From assembly GCA_016180235.1 (NCBI GenBank), contig JACPBQ010000004.1, positions 34,940-98,939 on the forward strand: a stretch of 64,000 nucleotides of DNA. Reading direction: 5' to 3'. Shown here piece by piece: positions 21,331-30,941 of this stretch. Source of the DNA: Candidatus Woesearchaeota archaeon (GTDB taxonomy: Archaea > Nanobdellota > Nanobdellia > Woesearchaeales > GW2011-AR4). The first letter of the stretch is position 1. The number at the start of each line of letters is the position of its first letter. The notes beneath the pieces are model-generated. The model saw only the letters and a list, made by a program, of their open reading frames with translations, was not told the origin of the DNA and did not search any database. The position numbers were made by a program, and so were the translations under genes.

Positions 21331-22317
21331 TTGGTTTTGTGGCTATCGGGGGTTAAAATCAGCTCGAATATCATATTTCTCGGTACTGGCGGGGACAGCT
21401 ATGTTGTAGGCAAGCAGCTAAGGGCTTCAGGCGGCATAATCCTGCAGATTGGGGAGGACCAGTTTCATATCGACCCGGGACCTGGCGCACTTAACATGGC
21501 GGCACATACGGGAATCAATCTGAGGGCAAATACCGCTTTATTGGTTTCCCACAACCACATAAACCACTGCAATGACATCAATGCGGTAATAGATGCAATG
21601 ACCTATGGGGGCTTTGACAAGAAAGGCGTTCTTGTGGCAAATAACACTTCAGTAAACGGCAGCGAATTTTATACCCCGTTCCTGCATAAATATTACCGCG
21701 ATTTTCTTGAAAGGTTCATTGTGCTGGAAGAAGGAAAAAGAGTAGGGATAAACAACGTGGAGATACTTGCGTTAAAGGCAAAGCATTCGGAGCCAAATGC
21801 TTTGGGATTCAAGTTCATAGCGCCAGAATACACCCTGACCTATTCCGGAGACACTATGTACAGCGTAGAGACTATAGAGCAATATGATGATTCCAATGTT
21901 CTAATCCTGAATGTGCCTTACCTTAAGAGAGAGGAGGGAAAGGAAAATCTGTGCAAGGAAGATGCAATAAAAATAATAAGCAGGGTAAAGCCGAGACTGG
22001 CAATAATAACCCATTTTGGCGCGAATTTCCTTAAAGCTGACCCCTTGTATGAAGTAAGGGATATACAAAAAGAAACAGGGGTGCAGACAATAGCTGCAAA
22101 GGACGGAATGGTTGTCAACCCCGTAAGCTATTCTGTCGAGCAGGGGCAGAAGACACTGTACAAATACGCAAGGGAGGAAGGCATAAGGGTGCAGGAATAT
22201 GCAAAAAAAGAGCAGGAAAAAGTCAAGGAACTGAACGAGATGATTGAGAAGCAGACTAAGCTTGAAGATTCCTACTATAATTCTGTAGCGGAGAACACAA
22301 ATAATCAATCAAGATAG
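21331..22317 (+). CDS. metallo-beta-lactamase-fold hydrolase with a K/E-rich coiled-coil C-terminus
   Basis: LVSHNHINHCND His motif and MBL-like spacing. Confidence 0.5.
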   Translation: MVLWLSGVKISSNIIFLGTGGDSYVVGKQLRASGGIILQIGEDQFHIDPGPGALNMAAHTGINLRANTALLVSHNHINHCNDINAVIDAMTYGGFDKKGVLVANNTSVNGSEFYTPFLHKYYRDFLERFIVLEEGKRVGINNVEILALKAKHSEPNALGFKFIAPEYTLTYSGDTMYSVETIEQYDDSNVLILNVPYLKREEGKENLCKEDAIKIISRVKPRLAIITHFGANFLKADPLYEVRDIQKETGVQTIAAKDGMVVNPVSYSVEQGQKTLYKYAREEGIRVQEYAKKEQEKVKELNEMIEKQTKLEDSYYNSVAENTNNQSR

Positions 22318-22381
22318 TTTGTGCTCTCCTGATATAGCAAATGCCATTCTGTGCTTAATTATTTAGGGCATTTGCTATAAG

Positions 22382-23332
22382 TCAGAAAACAAGCAAAATA
22401 ACTAAATAACCAATAAAGCACCCTGCAGTAAGGTATGGCATTGCCGGGTAAAACTTGTCCTGCTTGCCCTTGAAAAGCAAAAAGGATAATGCAAAAGTCA
22501 CAGCCAGTGAAATTATTGATGCTGCTCCCAAAGCAAGCGATTTGCTGAATCCATGCTCCTGAATCAGATTCAGCATCACAGATCCTGAAAAGATAAGAGG
22601 GAAGACTATATCGCCGCCGCCAAGGATTGCTGCCCTGACCCTTTCTTTGGCTTTCCCAAAAGTCTTTGAGGTTTCATAATTCGCTTTAATCTTATTTGGC
22701 CCATAAGGTATGCTCAGCCCGGCAAATGCCCTGCTTTCAGTCTGGAATTTTGCAATTTTTATCATATGCTTCGATTTCCATACAGCGAACATGTCATATA
22801 CGGAAATAACGATCAGCAGTACAAACGCTGCCAAAAGCCATCCATCAAACAAGGATACAAGAAGCACAGAAATCCCGGAATAAACAAAAATTTCGGTTAT
22901 ATTATGGATGTACATATTTCTTTTTTTAACCTTAAAATAAGCCAGGAAAACAGCCAGAATGAGGGCGATTATGTAGTTTGCAGCTTTGCTAAAAAAATTG
23001 ATATAAACGCCGAATGTCACCATCATTGTGATAATAACTGCAACAATATACCAATACCTGAATAAAAATCCAAACTTCAGCTTCATGAGCAGGAGCAAAA
23101 TTGCTGTTCCGGCTAAAATCGCTGCTGTGAGAATAATCACTGATTGCGCTCCACTATCGCTTTTTGGCGGCTTCCCCACTACCGTATCCTTGTGGTCTAT
23201 TGCCGTAGTAACGATGCCATCAACTATTGCCTTTTTCACATCCAGATTGTTGGAGATTGTAGCTAAACCAAATAACTGGGTTGCAAGAAACAGCACAATC
23301 ATTATTATCGTGATCTTTAATGTATGCTTCAT
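22382..23332 (-). CDS. presenilin/signal-peptide-peptidase-like intramembrane aspartyl protease (A22 family)
   Basis: Polytopic protein with YD (VISVYDMFAV), GxGD (AILGGGDIV) and PAL-like (YPAMPYL) motifs in the expected order and spacing. Confidence 0.55.
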   Translation of the reverse strand: MKHTLKITIIMIVLFLATQLFGLATISNNLDVKKAIVDGIVTTAIDHKDTVVGKPPKSDSGAQSVIILTAAILAGTAILLLLMKLKFGFLFRYWYIVAVIITMMVTFGVYINFFSKAANYIIALILAVFLAYFKVKKRNMYIHNITEIFVYSGISVLLVSLFDGWLLAAFVLLIVISVYDMFAVWKSKHMIKIAKFQTESRAFAGLSIPYGPNKIKANYETSKTFGKAKERVRAAILGGGDIVFPLIFSGSVMLNLIQEHGFSKSLALGAASIISLAVTFALSFLLFKGKQDKFYPAMPYLTAGCFIGYLVILLVF

Positions 23333-23469
23333 TCTCCCGCTTAAAAAGCCGGTTTATTTAAATATTTGTTTTGAGCCGGCAAAATAAAAATGCCGCTCAT
23401 ACCAAACCACCAATGCCAAAAATATTCTTTGAAACCACAATTCAAAAAATTTATAAATAACATCCTTCA

Positions 23470-23916
23470 TTGTTAAGAAAGATGACAAGCAGCAAAAGCA
23501 CAAAACAAGAACTGATAAAAAAATATTTTACAATAGACGAGGCTGAGGAATTGCTTCCAAGGCTGGAAAGAGTCCTGAGAAGGACCATAAAGCTGAATAA
23601 AGCCCTGGACCTGCTGAGCTCCATTGAAATCGAGGTCTACGACGATGATTATGACAATTTAAAAAGGATTACAAAGCTTAACAAGCAGTTCCACAAGCTT
23701 TCCCACGAGTTCTATGCAAGCATTGAGAAGATAGAGGACATCGGAGGCATAATAAAAGACCTTGAGACAGGCATAATAGATTTTTATTCCAAATTCGAAG
23801 GCAGGGAGATATTTCTGTGCTGGAAGCTGGGCGAGAGAAAAATAAGATTCTGGCATGAAGTGGATTCCGGATATGAGGGAAGAAAGCCGATTCTTGACCT
23901 GAACAGGAAGATATAG
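23470..23916 (+). CDS. conserved hypothetical protein (DUF2203-like)
   Basis: FTIDEAEELLPRL...GIIDFYSKFEGREIFLCWKLGE...FWHEVDSGYEGRKPI resembles DUF2203. Confidence 0.4.
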   Translation: MLRKMTSSKSTKQELIKKYFTIDEAEELLPRLERVLRRTIKLNKALDLLSSIEIEVYDDDYDNLKRITKLNKQFHKLSHEFYASIEKIEDIGGIIKDLETGIIDFYSKFEGREIFLCWKLGERKIRFWHEVDSGYEGRKPILDLNRKI

Positions 23917-23960
23917 TTAGGTTTTTAAACCGCACATATTTACTTACAGCTGTTTCTAAG

Positions 23961-25016
23961 ATGAGGAGAATATCAAGGAAAGTAAAAGTCGGGAATATGC
24001 ATATCGGCGGCAATGCGGATATAAGCATACAGTCAATGACGACTACAGACACTACTGATGTTGATGCGACTATCAGACAAGTACACGGACTTGAGGAAGT
24101 AGGCTGCGAGATAATAAGGGTTTCTGCCCCGACTATTGAGGCTGCTTACGCGTTGAAGGAGATTAAAAAAAATATTTCTATTCCGCTGGTGGCTGATATA
24201 CATTTTGATTACAGGATAGCATTGGAAGCTGCAAAGCATGTTGACAAATTAAGGATCAATCCGGGGAACATAGGGAATGAGGAAAAAGTCAAATTAGTTG
24301 TCAAGGCTGCAAAAGATTTTGGGATTCCTATAAGAGTCGGGGTAAATTTAGGCTCTTTGGAAAGGGATTTGTTTGATAAGTATGGCTATTCGGCAGAGGC
24401 GATGGTCGAGAGCGCAATGAGGCATGTCAAAATCCTTGAAGGCCTGGATTTTTATGATACTGTTGTCTCTTTAAAAGCAAGCGATGTGACTCGCATGGTA
24501 GAGGCTTACAGATTGTTTGCCGCTAAAACAGACTATCCGCTGCATCTTGGGGTTACAGAAGCCGGGAGCAAGCTGCCGGGCTCAATTAAATCAGCAATGG
24601 GTTTCGGCATACTTTTAACTGAGGGCATAGGGGATACAATAAGGGTTTCCCTGTCAGAAGAGCCAAAAGAGGAAGTGAGGGCAGCCAAATTGATCTTAAG
24701 AAGCCTGGGATTGAAAAAAACAGGGGTTGAGGTCACTTCATGCCCAACATGCGCAAGAACTCATGTTGATGTGATTAAATTAGTTGAAGAATTAGAAAAT
24801 AAAACCGAGAAAATAAAAAAGCCGATTCATGTTGCTATAATGGGCTGCGCTGTCAATGGGCCTGGCGAAAGCAAGAAGGTTGATTTGGGGGTTGTTGGCG
24901 GGGCTGGAAATACAAACTTATTATACAAAGACGGGAAGATTGTCGGGAAAATAGAGCAATATAAGATTGTGGAAACTTTATTGAAAGAGATTGATGAATT
25001 GAACAAGGAACAATGA
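23961..25016 (+). CDS. ispG: HMBPP synthase IspG/GcpE (MEP pathway)
   Basis: VKVGNMHIGGNADISIQSMTTTDT...; C-terminal Cys triad CPTCARTH...GCAVNGPGE. Confidence 0.85.
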   Translation: MRRISRKVKVGNMHIGGNADISIQSMTTTDTTDVDATIRQVHGLEEVGCEIIRVSAPTIEAAYALKEIKKNISIPLVADIHFDYRIALEAAKHVDKLRINPGNIGNEEKVKLVVKAAKDFGIPIRVGVNLGSLERDLFDKYGYSAEAMVESAMRHVKILEGLDFYDTVVSLKASDVTRMVEAYRLFAAKTDYPLHLGVTEAGSKLPGSIKSAMGFGILLTEGIGDTIRVSLSEEPKEEVRAAKLILRSLGLKKTGVEVTSCPTCARTHVDVIKLVEELENKTEKIKKPIHVAIMGCAVNGPGESKKVDLGVVGGAGNTNLLYKDGKIVGKIEQYKIVETLLKEIDELNKEQ

Positions 25017-25068
25017 TTTTCCTTTGGATTTATTAGGATATAATCTTATAATCGTTGCATAGAACGGA

Positions 25069-25443
25069 TTAACTCTTAACAACCACTTTCTTCCTCTTAT
25101 TCAGCGGCTCTATGACCAAAGTGTCAAATAAGTCAACCATTTTTTTGACAAAAGGATTTGAGATATTTAGCTTGTAAAGCTTTGCGTTTCCTATATTCCT
25201 TGTGTTTTTGACTATATTTAATTCTATAAAATCATTCCAAATCCTGAATAATGTAGTTCTTCCAATGCCTGAGCCTTCTGCTATGTCTGATATTGAATAA
25301 TCCAATTCCCTACCTTCTATTAAGAACTCCAAAACCTTGATTTTGGGCGTGCTTCCTACTGCTTTTGTAAATATCGTTTCCATAGTAGTTAAATAACTAG
25401 AGTAATATTTAAATGTTTCTATTTTGGAACATATGTGTTTCAT
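25069..25443 (-). CDS. winged-helix transcriptional regulator (second copy)
   Basis: See 19995..20360. Confidence 0.55.
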   Translation of the reverse strand: MKHICSKIETFKYYSSYLTTMETIFTKAVGSTPKIKVLEFLIEGRELDYSISDIAEGSGIGRTTLFRIWNDFIELNIVKNTRNIGNAKLYKLNISNPFVKKMVDLFDTLVIEPLNKRKKVVVKS

Positions 25444-25487
25444 TCTTGGAGTAAAATCTTATATATTTACCTTTATTTGCTTTTTGA

Positions 25488-25745
25488 ATGGACAAAGAAT
25501 TTATCATGAAAAGGTTTTTAAGAAAACTTATCAACCTTGATATTTGGGGTGGAAGGCATACTGAATTAACCAATTTAAAGAAAGCGCTGCCCAAGCATAT
25601 AAGGGGAGAAAAAATAACTGAAGAAGTTATTAAAGAATTAGTTTCAAAAGAGTTCATAACAACAAAGCAATCAACTGGAGAGATTCATATATCATTAAAC
25701 TCAAAAAAACAGCAGGAAATTTATGAGTTTGTAAAAGAACAATGA
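25488..25745 (+). CDS. small conserved protein (second copy)
   Basis: See 19616..19903. Confidence 0.5.
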   Translation: MDKEFIMKRFLRKLINLDIWGGRHTELTNLKKALPKHIRGEKITEEVIKELVSKEFITTKQSTGEIHISLNSKKQQEIYEFVKEQ

Positions 25746-26899
25746 AAAAACTATCAATTTTAGGCTCTACAGGCAGCATAGGCACACAAACACTGGATAT
25801 TGTGAAAAGCAATCCTTCTGAGTTTAAAATAGCCGGATTAACTACAAATAAAAACATTGAATTGCTAAAAAAGCAGATTATTGAGTTTAAGCCGGAAGCA
25901 GCTGCAGTAATGGACAGGGAAAAAGCTGATTTGTTAAAGGAAAAAGCGGATATTGATGTTTATTCCGGTATTGATGGGATAATAAAAATTGCAAAACTGA
26001 ATGATTCTGATACCGTTGTCAATGCATTGGTTGGCTCAATCGGGGTTTTGCCCACTATAGAAGCGATAAAAAGCAGAAAAAACATTGCCTTGGCAAATAA
26101 GGAAACTCTTGTAACAGCCGGCTCTATTGTAATGGATGAAATCAGAAAAAACAAAGCAAGCTTGATGCCGATTGATTCCGAGCATTCTGCCATATTTCAA
26201 TGCTTAAACGGGGAAAAAATTGAAGATGTAGAAAAAATAACAATAACCGCTTCCGGAGGGCCTTTTAGGGCTTATACAAAAGAGCAGATGGAAGATGCAA
26301 AGGCTAAAGATGCATTAAAGCACCCTACCTGGGCCATGGGAAACAAAATTACGATTGATTCCGCTACATTGATGAACAAGGGATTTGAGATCATTGAAAC
26401 GCACTGGCTTTATGGAATGAGCTATGATAAAATTGATGTTGTCATTCATCCGCAAAGCATAATACATTCTCTTGTTGAGTTTAAGGATAAATCCATTTTG
26501 GCTCAATTGGGCTATCCAAACATGAAGATTCCGATACAATACGCTTTAAGCTGGCCAAAAAGATTCAGTTCAAGGGAAAGGCAATTGAATCTGGCAGAAA
26601 TAAAAAACCTGAACTTTGAAAAGCCGGATTTTGAGAGGTTTCCGTGCTTAAATTATGCTTACGAAGCGGGTAAGATTGGAGGGACAATGCCTGCAGTCCT
26701 GAATGCGGCCAATGAGATTGCGGTCTATGCATTTTTAGAGAATAAAATTAAATTCCCGGATATTGCAAAAATAATCAAGTCAATGACAGACGGCCATAAA
26801 ACGATAAAAAATCCTGATTTAAATCAGATTTTGGATGTTGATAAAAAAACAAGGGAAGCTGCGAAAAAAGCAATTGAAAACAAGGAATATCAGCAATAA
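25742..26899 (+). CDS. dxr: 1-deoxy-D-xylulose-5-phosphate reductoisomerase
   Basis: KKLSILGSTGSIGTQTLDIV N-terminus; typical length of 385 aa. Confidence 0.85.
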   Translation: MKKLSILGSTGSIGTQTLDIVKSNPSEFKIAGLTTNKNIELLKKQIIEFKPEAAAVMDREKADLLKEKADIDVYSGIDGIIKIAKLNDSDTVVNALVGSIGVLPTIEAIKSRKNIALANKETLVTAGSIVMDEIRKNKASLMPIDSEHSAIFQCLNGEKIEDVEKITITASGGPFRAYTKEQMEDAKAKDALKHPTWAMGNKITIDSATLMNKGFEIIETHWLYGMSYDKIDVVIHPQSIIHSLVEFKDKSILAQLGYPNMKIPIQYALSWPKRFSSRERQLNLAEIKNLNFEKPDFERFPCLNYAYEAGKIGGTMPAVLNAANEIAVYAFLENKIKFPDIAKIIKSMTDGHKTIKNPDLNQILDVDKKTREAAKKAIENKEYQQ

Positions 26900-27039
26900 A
26901 AAACGCCAAAGATAAAATATGCTATAGAATAAATATGAAATAGCCAATACTCAAAAATCAATAAAAAATGGCCGTATTAAATAAAAAACAATTAACAAAA
27001 GCCGAATAAAAATTACCAATAAAATAAAAAACCCTGAAA

Positions 27040-28191
27040 ATGAACATAGCAATCATTGTAGCTGGTGGCAAGGGAAAAAGGATGAAGAAAAGAGTCAATA
27101 AGCTATTTTTACTGCTGAACAAAGACCCAATAATATTCCATACACTGAAAATATTCAATGACTGCAAAAATATCAATAGAATAATCCTTGTTATAAATCC
27201 GGATGGTAGGGCTAAATTCAAATCGATAATCAAAAAAAATAAGTTTAGCAAAATAACCGATATTGTCGATGGAGGGCAAGAGAGGCAGGATTCGGTATAT
27301 AACGGGATAAAAGCCATTAAAAAGGCAGGTAATGAAGATATAATTCTAATCCACAATGCCAGCAATCCATTTGTAAATGATGATGTTATCAACAATTCAA
27401 TAAATGCCGCAAAAAAGTACGGGGCTGCGGTAGTGGGCTTTCCTGCTAAAGACACAATCAAGGTTGTTGAAGACGGATTTGTAAGACAGACAATTGACAG
27501 AAAATTGCTATGGCAAGTTCAAACACCGCAGGCAATGAAGTATTTTCTGGCGAAAAAGGCCTTTGAAATCGCTTACCGCGATGGCTACTACGGCACAGAT
27601 GATGTTTCCTTGGTCGAGAAGATTGGAGGGCAGGTAAAAGTTGTCTACTGCGACAGGAGCAACATAAAGATAACAGACCAACATGACCTTGCTTATTCCA
27701 ATAAGCTTGTAAATGCTTCAAGAATCGGTATTGGACTCGACAGCCACAAGTTTACAGATAAAAAGAAGCCATTAATAATAGGAGGAATAAAAATTTCCGA
27801 TAAAGACGGATTTGACGCAAATTCAGATGGAGATGTTGTTTTGCATGCGCTTTTTAACGCAATTAGTACTGCAATTGGAATGAAATCATTGGGATTTTAT
27901 GCCGACAAAATGTTTGAGAAAGGCATTACCGACAGCAAACAATATTTAAAATTAATTTTGGATAAGGTTGATAATAAAAATCTGAAAATAAGCAATGTTG
28001 CCGTAATGCTTGAGGGCAAGAAGCCAAAGATAGATGAGCATATTGACAAAATCAAAAAATCACTTTCCAAATTATTGAAGATAAAAGAAGAGAATATCGG
28101 GATTGCGGCAACTTCCGGAGAAGAGATGACTGAATTTGGAAAGGGGAATGGGATGGAGTGTATTTGTGTCGTTAGTTTAATAAAAAAATAG
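27040..28191 (+). CDS. ispDF: bifunctional IspD (CDP-ME synthase) / IspF (MEcPP synthase) fusion
   Basis: N-terminal IAIIVAGGKGKRM (IspD) and C-terminal GIGLDSHKF...DGDVVLHAL (IspF). Confidence 0.85.
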   Translation: MNIAIIVAGGKGKRMKKRVNKLFLLLNKDPIIFHTLKIFNDCKNINRIILVINPDGRAKFKSIIKKNKFSKITDIVDGGQERQDSVYNGIKAIKKAGNEDIILIHNASNPFVNDDVINNSINAAKKYGAAVVGFPAKDTIKVVEDGFVRQTIDRKLLWQVQTPQAMKYFLAKKAFEIAYRDGYYGTDDVSLVEKIGGQVKVVYCDRSNIKITDQHDLAYSNKLVNASRIGIGLDSHKFTDKKKPLIIGGIKISDKDGFDANSDGDVVLHALFNAISTAIGMKSLGFYADKMFEKGITDSKQYLKLILDKVDNKNLKISNVAVMLEGKKPKIDEHIDKIKKSLSKLLKIKEENIGIAATSGEEMTEFGKGNGMECICVVSLIKK

Positions 28192-28192
28192 G

Positions 28193-28966
28193 TTAAGGCT
28201 GTAAAACTTTAGTTACTTTTCTAAGTATTGTATGCTTAGGCTCTGCAGTTTCAAAACCTTGAGCTGCATAACATGCAAAAACAACGTCGGGCATAGTATG
28301 GCCCACTCTGGCTCCATTCATGCGAACTTTTGTGTCAAATGCTCCCTGAGACTTATGAAGGCCAACAGCACCGCCCATATAATTGTCATCCGGAGAATAA
28401 TCCTTGGGCATGGGAGAAAAGGTTAAAATATACCCAATGCCATTATGGGTTGGCAGCAAGTGCAGCCCGTGCCTATTCAGATAAAGGGCTTTTACATAGC
28501 TTATTACAGCTCCGGCTATTCCCCTGCCTTCAAATTCTTTTGCTGTGGTCAAGTCAACAAGCACCATGGCCCTGGGATCTCTTTCATCCCTTATTCTAAT
28601 CAGGCCATCATAACACCCACCAGCTATTTTATGTTCAATAATATACCTGCATACTGCCTCAGCTCTGGCTCTGTAGTTTTCATATCCAGCTTCTAAAATA
28701 GCGGCAGCGACATTCAATGATCTTGTCTGAAGCAGATTGGCAGGCTTGCCATCGATAAAAGACCCGATTGTCAATCCATCTGAAATTCTGCCTCTTAAGC
28801 CTTCCTCATCGGTTGAAGCAAATGGCCACGTTTCATTGAACATTTTCACGAATGCTGCTGCCTCTTCATCAGTAAGGCCATCATTACTAAGAACTCTTGA
28901 CTCCAGAAGAGACCTATCTTTAAGAGGAATAATGGCTGCGTTTGGATCTAAAACTGCCGGATTCAT
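28193..28966 (-). CDS. hypothetical protein, compositionally atypical (GC-richer than surroundings)
   Basis: 257-aa ORF on the opposite strand inside the MEP cluster. Several overlapping antisense ORFs signal locally elevated GC; no motif recognised. Confidence 0.5.
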   Translation of the reverse strand: MNPAVLDPNAAIIPLKDRSLLESRVLSNDGLTDEEAAAFVKMFNETWPFASTDEEGLRGRISDGLTIGSFIDGKPANLLQTRSLNVAAAILEAGYENYRARAEAVCRYIIEHKIAGGCYDGLIRIRDERDPRAMVLVDLTTAKEFEGRGIAGAVISYVKALYLNRHGLHLLPTHNGIGYILTFSPMPKDYSPDDNYMGGAVGLHKSQGAFDTKVRMNGARVGHTMPDVVFACYAAQGFETAEPKHTILRKVTKVLQP

Positions 28967-29084
28967 AACTACTTGGCAAATTGGCTGATTTATAAATTTA
29001 TCGTCAAATCATTACTACAAAGTTGTTAAATTATCTTTATAACCATACAGCAACATTAATATATAAGCAAGAATATGAATTTAT

Positions 29085-29933
29085 ATGCACGTTAATTCAT
29101 ATGCAAAGGCAAATCTGTACCTAAAGATAGGCAAGAAGCTCAAGTCAGGCTACCATGACGTAGAATCCGTAATGCAGCTTGTCAAGCTTCATGACTCTAT
29201 TTCTTTTGAGAAGCTCAAGGAAGACAGGATAATAATAGAAAGCAACAACAGGGAGCTGGAAAACAAGAATAATCTTGCGTACAAGGCTGCTGAACTGCTG
29301 AAGAAAAAATTCAATGTAAAGGAGGGCATAAAGATAAGGGTTGACAAATCCATACCAATATCTGCAGGGCTTGGAGGCGGGAGCTCAAATGCCGCAGCAA
29401 CATTAGTTTTCCTTAACAAGCTATGGGGGCTGAAGCAAAGCCAGAAAAAGCTTGTTGAACTTGCAATAAAAATAGGCTCTGACGTGCCTTTTTTTATTTT
29501 CGGGAATACGGCCTTGGTAGAAGGCATCGGGGAGAAGGTAAAGCCGTTAAAAAAAACAGCCTCAATAAACATAGTCCTTGTAAACCCGGGGATAAAAGTG
29601 GCAACAACAAAAGCATATGGGTGGTTTGACAAGGCAAAAGCAAAGCCTAAAAGCAAAAAAAGCGCCAAGCAGGTCATAGATGCGATAACCAAGAAAAACA
29701 TAAAGAAAATTGCAGAGGGCATGCACAATGATTTTGATGGGATAGTAGAAAAAAAGCACAGCATAATAAAGGAAATAAAGACAAATTTCAGGAAGTTTGA
29801 TGCATTGAACTCCATGGTAGTAGGTTCAGGGCCGACAGTCATAGGCGTGTTTGACAGCATATACTCGGCAAGAGAAGCCTACTTCAAGCTCAAGGACCTT
29901 TACCCTTTTGTCTATTTAACGAAAACCTTCTAA
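29085..29933 (+). CDS. ispE: CDP-ME kinase IspE (GHMP kinase)
   Basis: AKANLYLKI...PISAGLGGGSSNAAA. Confidence 0.8.
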   Translation: MHVNSYAKANLYLKIGKKLKSGYHDVESVMQLVKLHDSISFEKLKEDRIIIESNNRELENKNNLAYKAAELLKKKFNVKEGIKIRVDKSIPISAGLGGGSSNAAATLVFLNKLWGLKQSQKKLVELAIKIGSDVPFFIFGNTALVEGIGEKVKPLKKTASINIVLVNPGIKVATTKAYGWFDKAKAKPKSKKSAKQVIDAITKKNIKKIAEGMHNDFDGIVEKKHSIIKEIKTNFRKFDALNSMVVGSGPTVIGVFDSIYSAREAYFKLKDLYPFVYLTKTF

Positions 29934-29978
29934 CTGATTTCCACAAACCTTTTAAACCAAGATAAGATACTTCTGGCC

Positions 29979-30941
29979 ATGGAAATTATGGTGGCAAAGC
30001 ACGCAGGATTCTGCTTTGGGGTAAAAAGGGCAATAGACATAGCAGAGGAAGTTGCCAGCAAGAACAAAGGCAAGACTTACGTCTATGGGCAGCTAGTGCA
30101 TAATGAAAGGGTAATAGAGGATCTAGAAAAAAAAGGCATAGAGTTCGTTGATGACATAGAAAATATCCCGCAAAGCGCAGTCACAGTCCTAAGGGCCCAC
30201 GGAGAGCCCGGGACAACATACCAGCAGCTAAAAGAAAAAAACATCAATAAAAATGATAAGCTGAATGATGCGACATGCCCCCTGGTGACTCTGGTACATA
30301 ACGTTGCCATCAAGCTGAAAAACAACGGCTATGACATAATTCTTTTCGGGAAAAAAGACCATCCTGAAGCAATAGGCACAAGCTACCACATAAAAGGAAA
30401 GGATACTTTCGTCGCGGAAAAGCCGGAGCATGCCAAAGAGCTAGCTGAGCATATTAAAAAAAATGATTTTAAAAAAGTTGCGATAATATCGCAGACAACA
30501 ATGTCAGTAAACGGGTACAAGGAATTAATAGAGAATATAAACGACCTGATGGAAAGCAAATTTGAAGAATTGCACCTGAGCCTTAATGACCTGTCAAAGC
30601 CCCATGTTTTTGTTGACACAATATGCAACCCTACAAAGCAGCGGCAGCTAGGAACCGAGGAGATTGCAAAAAAAGCAGACATAATGATTGTTATCGGCGG
30701 CAGGAACTCAAGCAATTCAAAAGAGCTTGCGGCAAAGTCAAGAAGCTATGGCGTAAAAACGCATTTTATACAAGAAGCAAGACAGCTTAAGGAAGAATGG
30801 TTCGACGGCAGGGAAAAAATAGGGGTCAGCGCCGGGGCATCGACACCGGACATCACGATTAATGAGGTTGTTGAGAGGATAAAAGATATAGGTGCTGTGC
30901 AAGAAAAAGAAAAGCGGATAAACACTGAAATTTTGGGATGA
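29979..30941 (+). CDS. ispH: HMBPP reductase IspH/LytB
   Basis: AKHAGFCFGVKRAI...ATCPLV...TICNPT, the three conserved Cys contexts. Confidence 0.85.
   Translation: MEIMVAKHAGFCFGVKRAIDIAEEVASKNKGKTYVYGQLVHNERVIEDLEKKGIEFVDDIENIPQSAVTVLRAHGEPGTTYQQLKEKNINKNDKLNDATCPLVTLVHNVAIKLKNNGYDIILFGKKDHPEAIGTSYHIKGKDTFVAEKPEHAKELAEHIKKNDFKKVAIISQTTMSVNGYKELIENINDLMESKFEELHLSLNDLSKPHVFVDTICNPTKQRQLGTEEIAKKADIMIVIGGRNSSNSKELAAKSRSYGVKTHFIQEARQLKEEWFDGREKIGVSAGASTPDITINEVVERIKDIGAVQEKEKRINTEILG

Noticed and set aside
28232-28988. Four plus-strand ORFs (28232, 28330, 28445, 28737)
   Set aside because: Overlapping-frame artefacts of locally higher GC inside the 257-aa minus-strand gene; none has an independent signal.
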